Shown in pieces: positions 1-11,698 of a stretch of 64,000 nucleotides of DNA; position 1 is the stretch's first letter, and every line of letters starts with the position of its first letter. Below the pieces are notes generated by a model. The model did not search any database, had not been told where the DNA came from, and saw only the letters and a list, made by a program, of their open reading frames with translations. This stretch comes from Octopus sinensis (Eukaryota): NCBI RefSeq assembly GCF_006345805.1, contig NC_043001.1:44020001-44084000 (forward strand), written 5' to 3'. The position numbers and the translations under genes are program-made.

Positions 1-119
1 TTAGGGGATGGCTACTGACATTAGGCTTAGGGATTATATAATGTACAAGTATAAAGAAAAAATTGAAGAAAAAAGGACTCATTATATTGAATGTTATCAA
101 TAATATCGAGTGGAAATAG

Positions 120-345
120 TGGGTGCTGCAGTTTTGCAGTGCCATACATGAACCGCCACTGCCAGAGCTAGACTACAAGCAAGATGTCTGAATAACATCC
201 ATGAGTTCAGTTGGTCTTGCTTGGGGATCCAGCCGGATCAAGAAGAGACATTTGTTTCTGATAGGACCCAATTGGAAGGCATGCTTAAGGACTCTGCCTC
301 CATGACCCTCCCAAGAATAAATGGGTGAAAAAGATGAGATGAGAT
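120..345 (+). mobile_element. Possible RTE ORF C-terminal remnant
   Basis: ARCLNNIHEFSWSCLGIQP...VSDRTQL resembles RTE C-termini (RW.D.I...LG......DR..W). Confidence 0.3.
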
Positions 346-1144
346 TAGATGGGTTCAATCCCAATGCATGGTACCTTGGGCAAATATCTTTTATTATACC
401 CCAAGCTGACCAATGCTTTGTGAATGAATTTGGTTAATGGAAACTATGTAGATACCCATTGTATTTATATTCATGTATGTGTGTGTAAGTGTATCTTTGC
501 ACTTGTCCCCACCACACACACACACTTGACAATCAGTATAGGTTTCTTTACATACACAAAAATGATTGTATTCCTAGAGAGCAGGAACATGTCTGGTTAG
601 ATGTGACTACTATCTCCTTTGGGAATATATATACACATACAAAAAGCACCCACTACACTCACGGAGTGGTTGGCGTTAGGAAGGGCATCCAGCTGTAGAA
701 ACATTGCCAGATAAGACTGGAGCCTGGTGCAGCCTTCTGGCTTCCCAGATCCCCGGTCCAACCCATGCTAGCATGGAGAATGGACGCTAAACGATGATGA
801 TGATGATGATATATTCTCTCTGCATAGCTTTTTTACAATATTTTACAATATCTCAACACATAATTTGTTGGCTTCAACAATTTTAAATGCAATATATTAC
901 CTATTTTAGAGGTTTCCTCAGAATGAACATGTTTCACTAAAGGGGAAAACTGTACCATCTGTAATAGTTTGTAAGGTTGCAACGTATTTCAGTCAATGGT
1001 TTTTATGTTTTTCAATTGACCTCCCAGTAAAATCAACAATGAAACTGTTTGCATGTTACATGAAACATTGCTTTTTGTGAAGTCATCATTGTATTGTAGG
1101 CTTATTTTTTTTTATTTAATTTAATTTTATTTTATCAATTACAG

Positions 1145-1237
1145 GGCTTCTGTATAGCTGCAACTGTGGCAATAGTGTTTCTGTTCACATCAGCATATAG
1201 TTGGATGTTTCTTTTTGCCTGTTGGAAATTAGCAGAT
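1145..1237 (+). CDS. Adhesion-type (class B2) GPCR, internal exon encoding TM3 (gene begins upstream of the window)
   Basis: Acceptor ...caattacag, donor gtgagt; 93 nt, phase 0-0; GFCIAATVAIVFLFTSAYSWMFLFACWKLAD has the TM3 Cys and the WM motif of secretin/adhesion GPCRs; splices in frame to the five exons below. Confidence 0.85.
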
Positions 1238-1590
1238 GTGAGTAACTCATGTTTATATTTTGATTATATAGAATGTTGATATAATTCCGATTGCAATAAT
1301 AAAATTATTTGCTAGTATTAAATGTCTTAGATGAAAATGCTTAAAACTATGTATGATATGATTACCAAGGTTTTTGTGAAAAGGTGATTAGTCATATCTT
1401 ACTGTCCCATTTCAAACTGCTCACATGCACTTGGATAAGAAAGCAATTGAAGACACCCAGAGATAATTCATCAGGTTCTGATAAATTTGTAAGTGATCTA
1501 AAAGGGTATACCACAACTAATTAAAGACACCATTGATATTATCTACCATAAAGAATAAACTATCCACTTTGAACATAAACTTCTTATGTT

Positions 1591-1768
1591 TAGCCCTTTA
1601 GCATTTAAACTGGCCATATCTGGCTAAAATATTTTACTTGTTTTTATGTTTATACTGGCTAGATCTAGCTTCTCATACCTAGCCTACATTGTCATTCTAA
1701 AAATATACAATCACATCATCAAAATCTTGAAGCTACAGGATAATGCATGATTAATTAAAAAGGGTTAG
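1591..1768. mobile_element. Possible piggyBac-like MITE
   Basis: Ends ttagccctt ... aagggttag resemble decayed TTAA-CCC...GGG-TTAA termini. Confidence 0.35.
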
Positions 1769-2929
1769 GTCAGAATTGTTACTAGTGAGCTAATAGAATT
1801 ATTAGTGCACCAGAAATTTTTTTTCTGGCTCTTTACATTCTGAATCAAAATACTGCCATGGTCAACTTTACCTTTCACTCATTCAGGGTCATTACCATAA
1901 AGTACTTGTCAAGCACGGGATTGATGACATCGACTAACCCTTTCCTCCCCCAAATTGGTTGCTTTCTGCCTTAATAAAAAGCTATAATTGGTAGCAAGCT
2001 GGCAGAATCATTGGGGCATCTGAAAAATACTTTGCAACATTCATTCCAGCTCTTTACATTCCGAGTTCAAATCCATTTGAGGTTAACTTTGCCTTTAATC
2101 ACCCTGGGGTCAATGAGCTGGCAGAATCATTAGTCATCCAATAAAAACCTTAGCAGCATTTCTTCCAGCTCTTTACATTGAAAACTGACTGAAGTCAACT
2201 TTGTCTTTCCTCTTTTCAGGGTCAAAAAAATTGGCCTTTTTCCTAAATCAGAAACCAAAAGTTACAATCCAGGAGAATTGTCAAGAATACCTTGCAGTAT
2301 TTCTGCCAATTCTAATTTCAAATGCTATTGAGATAAGCTTTGCTTTTCAGCCTTTCAGGGTTGATGAAATAAAGTATCAATTAAAAACTAGGTTTGATAT
2401 TATCAACTGTCCTTTACCCTTAAATTTGCTGGCCTTGTGTCTAAATTAGAAGCAATTATTAATTACCACATTGTCTATCACAAACAACCTTTTATGTGCA
2501 TATTCATAAAGTTGCTAACATCAAACATATGCTGTATATTAAGAGATAAAAATCACTCTGTGTAAATGTTTTTCATTCCAAGAATTTAACTGAGTAGTTG
2601 TTCAAAGACTAGACCTAATTTTATCTTTATTGCCATAGGTCTAGGCTTTAATATGACTGAATTTTTTCTCCACATCAATCCTTTGTAGAAATCAAGTTTA
2701 ATAACTTATGTATTATAGTTTTCTAAAAATTTGGAAAGATATTGCACATTTTTCTGAAGTTTCCTTCTATATTTGCTTCCTAAAGCACAATTCAGCATTT
2801 AAAAAAATATTTTCAGTCACTAAAATATTTCTAATTTAATACATATGCATTTCTGTTTGAAAATATTGAAAAAATATTTAACTGTGTATATTTACAAATG
2901 TTTCCGTTTTTTTTTATCATCTTCTTCAG

Positions 2930-3060
2930 TGTACAATAGGTATCCATGGAAGTAAACATTTTCGGCGTATTATGTATGTTATAGTGGGGTATGGCATACC
3001 TTGGGCTGGTATTATCCCAATTCTCTTGTATTATCCTGATAATCTCATTAATGGAAAAAT
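2930..3060 (+). CDS. Adhesion-type GPCR exon, ICL2-TM4-ECL2
   Basis: Acceptor cttcttcag, donor gtaagt; 131 nt, phase 0-2; CTIGIHGSKHFRRIMYVIVGYGIPWAGIIPILLYYPDNLINGK contains the TM4 YxxxGYGIP motif. Confidence 0.9.
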
Positions 3061-3146
3061 GTAAGTAAATATTTTGTAACTATACTTCAGAATTTGTAGC
3101 TTGAAAAATTCTTCCTCTGTTGCTAATATATATAAAATTATAAAGA

Positions 3147-3682
3147 TGTAGGTGTGGCTGTGTGGTTAAGAAGCTTGCTTCCCAACTATATGGTCTTGGG
3201 TTCAGCCCTACTACAGTGCAGCACTTTGAGCAAAAGTCTTCTACTATAGCTCTGGGTTGACTAAAGCCTTGTGAGTGGATTTTGGAAAGGGTAACTGAAA
3301 GGAGCCTATCATATGTGTGTGTGTGCATATACATGTGTCCAGGGACATACATTGTGTGTGTGTATGTGCATGCATGCGTGTCTGTGTATCTGTGCATGTA
3401 ATTGCATATGTGTGTCTGTATGTTACTGTCTCCTGGCCTAGGCTTCACATGATAATTGTAAATAAACTTCAATATCATACAAATGATGGCTTTCATTTCC
3501 CATATTCCTTGAAAACTTGTCTGATCACAGGGAAATATTACCTTTCTTGGAGACAGGTGAGTGTTGGTGACAGGAATGGCATCCAGACATAGAAAAATCC
3601 TTCCCAACAAATTTCATCCAACTCATTCACTTATGGAGAAATGGATATTAAAATGATGATGATGATGATGATGATGATGATA
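3147..3682 (+). mobile_element. tRNA/CORE-like SINE family C with internal (TG)n and RTE-type 3' tail ending in (GAT)n
   Basis: Head gtggctgtgtggttaagaagcttgcttccc, CORE-like ctttgagcaaaagtctt, tail ttggtgacaggaatggcatccag...(gat)n; other copies at about 340-480, 34545-34985(-), 36725-37080(-), 37340-37700(-), 41520-41670(-), 51870-52020(-), 52460-52590(-) and 55515-55670. Confidence 0.75.
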
Positions 3683-3950
3683 ATGGCAGCTGCAAAAAGC
3701 ATCTCAAAAAGCAAAATCAAAGTTAATATTGATAAGTATGAAATTTGAAATGCTGATACTCACAAAGAAGCATTTTTAAATAATAGTTTAGTTAAAACTT
3801 GTTTTGAAAGTAAGTTAGCTTTAGGACAATAATTATAAAATCGGTCTCTCTTATGTATGATGTTCTGCTGAGAAAAATTGGTATTTTTAACTTGTTTGAA
3901 TTAAATCTTTGTTAGAATGTATTTTATTCAACTGCTTGGCTCTGTTGCAG

Positions 3951-4011
3951 ATGTTGGCTTACAGAATGGACGCAATGGATTTTCATGGGACCTGTCTATT
4001 GTATACTTGGT
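3951..4011 (+). CDS. Adhesion-type GPCR exon, ECL2-TM5
   Basis: Acceptor tctgttgcag, donor gtaagt; 61 nt, phase 2-0; (I)CWLTEWTQWIFMGPVYCILG has the CWL and WxFxGPV adhesion-GPCR signature. Confidence 0.92.
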
Positions 4012-5050
4012 GTAAGTATAAAATGCCATTATTGGTCAGTAATTCAGGCATCATTGACATTATGCAGGTGACAGAACTGCATCTGTGACATTATGTTTGT
4101 CCTGGTTTTGTTTAAAAAAGTTTTCAACAGAGAAAGAGCTGCTCTCTAATCTAGAAACAAAGCTTCCTCTATAAGTACGCATATATGTATTTAAGAGTTA
4201 TTTTATCCAGCGTAGGTCAAATAAGTATCAATGAATAAGTTCTCATGAAACGGAACAATGTCCAAGTGTTTGTGTACTCATTTGGAGATTGGTGACATTA
4301 GTGTTCAGTTTAAATAATAAATGTGCAGTTTGATTACCTGCTGATATAATTTACTTACACATTAAAGAACTCAATCTGATCATTGAATTCCTCTCTTCAC
4401 CCTCATTGAACACTTTAACGCTTATGCTCAGAAAAGCAACCCCTCTGAAATTTCTCACCTGCATATTGTTGCCATGTAAATGTATGCAGATGGGGAATTC
4501 TGAGTAAGTGGATTAAAGTAATTAGCTATAACATTTTCAAAGTTAAAATTACATCTGCAGAAATACGAATGCATGTCTGCACAACTAGTCATGCAATATC
4601 AAATCAGTTGTATACATAAAAGACATCACTACTATGACCAAATCTACAATGGGGCATAGAATATATATAGGAATGGAAGAAGGTAGATCAAACATTGCTT
4701 CTACAATCATATTTTATAAATCAGGCATAGTTAAAAGAAGAATACCATAACTTGTATATGATTTCCATTCAGTAAACAGGCAATTCTACATTTCCATTAC
4801 AAATTTTCTCTCATGGTTTCCAAAAATGAAATGTTCAGTCAGTGCTCCCATGAAAGAAAATTTCCAAGTGAACGGAAATCATACACGATTCTTCTTGAAC
4901 ACAACTGAAATGGGTTAAAGGGAGATAACTCCATCTTGTCCCGATATAGTTCTCACTTTACACGGTTTTGTTTGTTTTGTTTTTTTTCACGCTCTTGCTG
5001 ATCAAACTGTATTCTTACTTCCATTAGTAAAGAGGCTATGTGCCTCCAGC

Positions 5051-5119
5051 CAGCAGGTCTGATGAGTCATCTATATTGCTAAGAGCAATAATAAATGTGA
5101 AACTAACAGTAACATTCTG
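5051..5119 (+). ncRNA. Candidate type-I hammerhead ribozyme (partly decayed)
   Basis: CTGATGA 5059-5065; stem II with perfect 7-bp hairpin tattgct/agcaata; GAAA 5099-5102; stem III ACT-aac-AGT; cleavage triplet GUA ending at 5111; stem I cagcaggt/acattctg pairs 6 of 8. Confidence 0.5.
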
Positions 5120-5717
5120 TCCATTCATAACCATCAACTACTTTAAATATTGCAACTAAAAAAATTCTTAGAGTATGCTTTTTTGGACTTGTGAATAATT
5201 GATTGATGTGTGTGTGTGTGTGTGTGTGGTGTGTGTGTGTGTGTGTGTTGTGTGTGTGTGTGTTGTTTGTCACCACTACCACTTGACAACCAGTATTGGT
5301 TTGTCTACATCCCAGAAACTTTGTAGTTCAGGAAAAGAAAATGATGGAATAAGTTCACCTACAACGTTTAAGGTGATGCCCCGGCTCAGTTGCATTCCAA
5401 CAACTGGAACAAATAAAAGATATAAAGATTATATTTAAGTTTTGCATCTCTTTCTCGCTCCATTTTCCCTACAACATCCTTCAATTGCGTCAGCTCTGCT
5501 TCCAATTCTCAATACCATTTACTAAATAATCCTTGCCAATACCTTAATTCTCTACTTTCACTTTAGAAACCATTACTTTTAAAGATGCAAGTGTGACGAT
5601 ACAAGGGAAATAACCAATGCACTCTTGGTTTCACAACCAGAGCTGCATTATAACATTATACATTATAACAAAGGGGTTCTGCATAAACACATTACAATAT
5701 TTTACTCATGAGTAAAA

Positions 5718-5948
5718 GGCGGCAAGCTGGCTGAAACGTTAGCACACTGGGCGAAATGCTTAGCAGTATTTCGTCTGCCTCTACGTTCTGAGTTCAAATT
5801 CCGCCGAGGTTGACTTTGCCTTTCATCTTTTCGGGGTCGATTAAATAAGTACCAGTTACGCACTGGGGTCGATGGAATCGACATAATACGTATGTCTGTC
5901 CTTGTTTGTCCTCACTGTGTTTAGCCCCCTGTGGGTAATAAAGAAATA
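5718..5948 (+). mobile_element. tRNA-derived SINE family B, well-preserved copy
   Basis: agctggctgaaacgttag (A box) and gagttcaaattcc (B box); decayed copies at about 1780-2450, 14690-15690(-), 21280-21370(-), 29370-29700, 30245-30375, 54340-54560(-) and 56899-57055. Confidence 0.8.
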
Positions 5949-6477
5949 GCTTGTGAAGACCTGTTGAGGCAAAGACCTGTTGTGAAGACCTGTTGTGAAG
6001 ACCTGTTGAGGCAAAGACCTGTTATGAAGACCTGTTGAGGCAAGTGAAAATCGAAATCGATCAACATCAATGGAAATTGCAGCTGTGATACCAGTGCCGG
6101 TGGTACGTAAGAGAACCATCCGAACGTGGCCATTGCCAGCGCCGCCCCGACTGGCCTCATGCCGGTGGCATGTAAAAAGCACCATCCGATTGTGGCCATT
6201 GCCAGCCTTGCCTGGCCCCCGTGCCGGTGGCATGTAAAAAATACCATCTGATCGTGGCTGTTTTCTAGCCTCGTCTGGCACCTGTGCCGGTGGCATGTAA
6301 AAAGCACCCACTACACTCATGGAGTGGTTGGCGTTAGGAAGGGCATCCAGCCGTAGAAACATTGCCAGATCAGACTGGGCCTGGTGCAGTCTTCTGGCTT
6401 CCCAGACCCCAGTTGAACCGTCCAACCCATTCTAGCATGGAAAGCGGACGCTAAACGAAGATGATGATGATGATGAT
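5949..6477 (+). mobile_element. RTE 3' UTR-only insertion (hairpin-unit array plus (GAT)n tail)
   Basis: Matches 40790-41253; further copies at 641-810(+), 10011-10191(+), 10192-10680(-), about 34005-34204(+), 35835-36280(+), 44086-44345(-) and about 51712-51858(-). Confidence 0.85.
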
Positions 6478-7091
6478 ATATATGCAATACATTTAGAAGG
6501 CTGTTTATTATGGTCAGAGAGTGGCTTTTGGTTTCGCATATCTAAGCCACTTAGCTGTACAGGTGACTCGTCAGATTCAGGCCATTTGTTTCTAACAAGT
6601 TACCTATAATGAACAACCTTCTAAATATTACTACTCTAATGTTTTGGAGTGTGCTTCTTTTTTGGTTATATCATCTTTGGACCAATATATATGAATACAT
6701 ACATACATACACACATACACCCACCCACATACATAGATGTATGTATGTTGCCAGCATGGAAGGTGGATGTTAAATGATGACGATAATGATGTATACATCA
6801 TCTACCAGTTTGAGAATCGAACCACAGTTGCAAGATCAAGAGTGCAACCCTACCAACTAAGCCACATGCCTCCCCCCCCCCACATACATGTGTGTGCACA
6901 AACATTTTAAAATTATCGGGAAGGTATATACCTTTAACTGTTTCACTTTACCTAGCTGGATAGACAGATTCTGTTTGAAATTTATGCGTGAATGTTTTAT
7001 AAAAGAAAGATCATCCAGGAACAAAAGCAGTTGTTTGAAGAATATATAATTAAAAGGACTCATTCAAACATGACATTAAAAAAAAAATGGG

Positions 7092-7193
7092 TCTGAAATT
7101 TTAAAACAAAACCTTAGAATTCCTCTGAAATTTTATAACAAAACCTTACAATTCTTCTGAAATTTTAAAACAAAATCTTAGAATTCCTCTGAA
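7092..7193. repeat. 32-bp minisatellite, three units plus a partial unit
   Basis: tctgaaattttaaaacaaaaccttagaattcc repeated in tandem. Confidence 0.9.
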
Positions 7194-7264
7194 TTAATTT
7201 TAAATTTAAAAATTAACCTGTGAGATTTTCTTATTCTTTCATAACTGTTCTCTTCTGTCTTTAG

Positions 7265-7356
7265 TTTAATCAATTGGTGCTGCTATTATCTCTGTGGAAT
7301 CGATGGAAGAAAGATTGTGAGAAAGAGGAAAGAAAATCATTAAAACACAAACTAAC
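7265..7356 (+). CDS. Adhesion-type GPCR exon, end of TM5 and ICL3
   Basis: Acceptor ttctgtctttag, donor gtaagt; 92 nt, phase 0-2; FNQLVLLLSLWNRWKKDCEKEERKSLKHKL. Confidence 0.85.
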
Positions 7357-7799
7357 GTAAGTCATCAAATTAAGGAACAAAAAGAAAATATTGCACTGAT
7401 TTTAATACTGATGCTTTCTATGTCAGCATTTTTAGTGCATCCTCTGTTTTGATTTCACTTGTTTCTCTGCTATACACTTGTATATAAGACACACTGTTTT
7501 TTTTTCCAAAATGTTTCTCAAAAAACCAGCTCAGGTCCTATATGCAAATTAATGTACTACTACATTGCTTTATATATAACATTTTTTAATGCACTTGAAA
7601 CTTTTTTTCATCTCAAATATGCACTGCTGAAACTAAAGGACATCTTTAGTGTCCATGCACTTTTTATACCATCAAATATGGTTATTGAAATCATGAGAAA
7701 GGCACAAGTATTACATACTTCTCTTTTTCATTCTTCTAAGATATAAGACCTTTGTATCAAGTACAAAATACTTGTTATTTTAATTACTAAAGGTAATAT

Positions 7800-9610
7800 G
7801 GGGCATGTTGGACAGCAATATAGTATCTTCCATGGTGTTCACAGGGGTCATGGAATTGGTTTCTAAAACTAGGCTACTGGAGTTCTGTGATGCAAGCAAC
7901 CTATTAATCTGCAACACCAAACTCAGGAACCCAGTCAGCCACCTGATAACCCATCAAGCAGGTGACTCTGCTAGCCAGATTGATTTCATCTTCACCGGAC
8001 AGTGGGATGCATAGTTGCTCTTAAATACAAAGACCCTCTCTGGTGAAGAATGTACCCTCCAGTATAGACTAGCCATGAATGACTTCAGACTCGAGGCCAG
8101 AAGGTTGCCAAGAAGCAGACCAATCCAGAAAAGAAGGATTTGGAAGCTAAAGAACCCTTCACATGGTCAGAGATTTAGGGACATCGTCACTGAGAAATTT
8201 GATGGGAGGGAGGAAGAGCTGCAGACTTGTGACATAGATGGTAACTGGAAATTCCTATGTGACAGCTTACTGAGTGCCACAGACCAAATTTGCAGCTGAT
8301 GCAAAGTCCCTTCCAGACCTAGGGTATTGTGGTGGTGTAATAATACAGTAGACAAAGCCATTAGAACAAAGAAACAAGCCTAGAAAACCTGGAAGAGTGG
8401 GTGTAGCAAGGAACTGTACCAGATAGCCAGAAGGGAGGCTGGGAGACAGGCGTATATAGCCAATGGAGAAGTAGAAAAGAAGAAGTTTGCCAATATTCAG
8501 TGACATGAGGACTAAAGAACTGAAGTATTCCGGATGCAAGACAGTGTGTAAGAGAAAATTATGATGTTACAGGAGAGAAATGTGTCTGCATGGATGACAC
8601 TACACTTGCTTTTAATGATTCTGCAAAGAAAGAGGCTTGGAGATGCCATTACGAAAGGCTGCTGAATGTGGAGAATGAGAAGAGGAGAGCCTGTCAAATC
8701 CTGACCCAGTGTGCACACACAACAAAGTGTAAGTGCCCTGAGAGAAATGTTGGACATTAGAAGCATCAGATGTGGTGTGCAAGAAGGAAGGCTGTGCTGG
8801 TATGGTCATGTGATGTGTATGAATGAGGAGAGCTGTGCGAAGTGTCATTCCCTAACAGTGGAAGGAACCCATGGAAGAGGGAGACCTAGGAAGATATGGG
8901 ATGTGGTGGTGAAGCATGACCTTTGAACATTGGGCCTCACAGATGCAATGACAAGAGACCGAGACCTCTGGAGATATGCTGTGATGAGAAGACCTAGCAA
9001 GTAAAGTGAGATCACAGCCATAACCTATATCAGTGTTGCATAACCAGCCCATTTAAAAAGTACCTTTGAATTGTTGGGCAACACCGTCATGCTTGAGAAG
9101 AGCTATTGAGTCGAGTAAAGTCAAAATCAAAAACCAAGATCACAATCAGAACTCAATCAAATCGAAATCAAAAATGGAAATTGTAGTTGTGGCTGATGCC
9201 AATGCCACCTAACTGGCTCCTGTGCTGGTAGCATGCAATTTGCACCATTCATGCATGAGTTGTTGCCAGTGACAGTGGCTCCCTGTGCCAGTGGCATGTA
9301 AAAAGCACCATCCAAACAAGATCAATGCCAGCTCAACCATCTCGACTGGCTCCTGTGCTGGTAGCACATAAAAAGCACCATCCAAACATGGCTGATGCCT
9401 GTGCTGCCTGACTGGCTCCCATGCTGGTGGCACATAAAAAGCACCCACTACAGTCTCGGAGTGGCTGGTGTTAAGAAGGGCATCCAGCTGTCGAAACATT
9501 GCCAGATCAGATTGGAGCCTGGTGCAGCATCCTGGCTTGCCAGTCCCCAGTCAAACTGTCCAACCCATGCCAGCATAGAAAATGGACGTTAAACGATGAT
9601 GATGATGATG
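7800..9610 (+). mobile_element. Same RTE family, 5'-truncated and internally deleted (whole RT missing), with 3' UTR and (GAT)n tail
   Basis: Colinear with 38175-39095, then jumps at about 8705-8710 to the region matching about 40445 onward (LRWYGHV, GRGRPRK), then the tail. Confidence 0.85.
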
Positions 9611-11568
9611 AATACTGAGTTATTTTTATCACTGTCTTGTAGCTGTTGTTGTTTATATTCAAGTTAACCCAAATCAAACAGCCTTGTGATCAAAGGGTTT
9701 CCCATTTTTATTACTGTGTTGAAGTATGCTGGGTTGGTAAAATATGGTCAATGTTTTCCTGGGACAGCTGATACACAAGAGCTGAAGTGAAAACATATAC
9801 AGCAAACAGAGAATGAGTTTGGGGAGAACTTAAGTTATTTTCAATTCTAAATAGATGAGTATATACTTGCAATGGTGATGAAACATGTTAACTTGAATAT
9901 CTGTATCCCTTGAATGAATCATTCATGTGAATGGAATAAAAATATTTGGATTGGCAGTATATGTAGAGCAACAGACAGAAAACTTTGCAATTTCTAATTA
10001 TTGCTCGCCTGGCACGTAAAAAGCACCCACTGCACTCTTGGAGTGGTTGGCGTTAGGAAGGGCATCCAGCTGTAGAAACACTGCCAGATCAGACTGGAGC
10101 CTGGTATAGCCTTCTGGCTTCCCAGATCCCTGGTCGAACTGTCCAACCCATGCTAGCATGGAGAACGGACGTTAAACGATGATGATGATGATCATCATCA
10201 TCATCATCATCATCATCTTCGTTTAATGTCCGCTTTCCATGCTAGCATGGGCTGGATGATTTTGACTGAGGGTTGGCGAACCCGATGGCTGCACCAGGCT
10301 CCAATCTTGATCTGGCAGAGTTTCTACTGCTGGATGCCCTTCCTAACGCCAACCACTCCGAGAGTGTAGTGGGTGGTTTTTATGTGCCACTGGCACAGGG
10401 GCCAGTCAGGCGGTACTGGCAACAACCTTGCTCAAATCTTTTTACACATGCCACCAGCACAGGGGCCAGTAAAGTGATGCAGGTAACGATCACGCTCAAA
10501 TGGTGCCTTTTACAAGCCACCGGCACAGAAGCCAGTTAGCTGCTCTGGCAACGATCATGCTCGGATGGTGCTCTTGGCACCCTACTAGCACGGGCACAAG
10601 TGCCAGTAAGGTGACGTTGGTAACGATCACACTCGAATGGTGCCTTTTATGTGCCACTGGCACAGAAGCCAGTTAGCCACTCTATCCCACTGGAGTCAAC
10701 TTAGCCTTTTAATCCTTTGCAGATTTGAATAAATGAATAGCTGTCAAGTGCTGGGATTGTCTTGATTGTGCCCTTCACACCAAATTTTTGCTCTGTTAGG
10801 ACAAACTTAGTAAAGTAAATTGCACACTCAGTGTCAGCAGTTATGTGGAGAGACTACATCATCTGATTATACTTCCTTCCCCAGTGTACATAACCAATAC
10901 TTGACAGATGTCTTACCTCATTCAATGATCTTTAAGAAACATTTATTTATTATCTAAATAAACAATTCTCCTATAGAGATGATAGGAATGTTGAACTTTC
11001 ATTTATCTCTGAGTTATTTGCAATGAGTGAATGACAACAAAACCACAACAAGACTTTGATAACATAGTTTATTTATAATAAATTTATGGTTTCATACTGT
11101 CCCAATATTGTGTTTACATGTATAGAATTATACATTTTCCCCAATAAAACAATGTTAAAATATCTTTCAATACATGTGTGATTAAATATACTAAATTTGC
11201 TTGTTTTTTTTCTCCACAAAATATACCTGTTAAAAAAGGGGAGCATCTTATGTAAGAGTGTATTTCATATGCTTATTATAAATAAGAATGGGAAGCAAGT
11301 TGGCAGAAATAGTAAGAAAGCTGGATGAAATGTCTTGTATCTTTACATTCAAATTCTGCTAGAAATGGTTTTATCTTTCATTGCTCCAGGATCAATAAAA
11401 TAAATGCCAATACTCTAGAGTTCAATATATTCCCTTTTTTTCTTTCTATTGAAAACTAACCATTGGTTTTGGAAAAAAATAATATTCTAAGAACTGTTAT
11501 CTATTGTATAATCTCATTTATTATCAGCAAAATGTATTTACATCAGTTTCTCTCATGGCTATTTACAG

Positions 11569-11698
11569 GAATCTTGTTGTCACATTCTTTGGTGAAATGC
11601 ATCTTTTCGGAACTACTTGGTTGTTTGGTTTGATTCCACTCACTGGATATAGCACACTTCCTTTCGGTTGGGCTTTTATCCTTCTTGCAGGACCACAG
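11569..11698 (+). CDS. Adhesion-type GPCR exon, TM6-ECL3-TM7
   Basis: Acceptor atttacag, donor gtcagt; 130 nt, phase 2-0; NLVVTFFGEMHLFGTTWLFGLIPLTGYSTLPFGWAFILLAGPQ (GxTWxFG in TM6). Confidence 0.9.

Noticed and set aside
3080-3610. 176-aa ORF and similar 60-190-aa ORFs (5856-6425, 16127-16636, 31926-32276, 35844-36125, 40672-41217, 46911-47395, 50144-50590)
   Set aside because: They lie over SINEs, LINE UTRs, purine/pyrimidine-skewed tracts or antisense to real CDS, with low-complexity translations
6100-6310. Repeat-spacer-like array (conserved 24-mer plus variable segments) resembling CRISPR
   Set aside because: The spacers are homologous to each other, the array is part of a LINE 3' UTR, the host is a eukaryote and there are no cas genes
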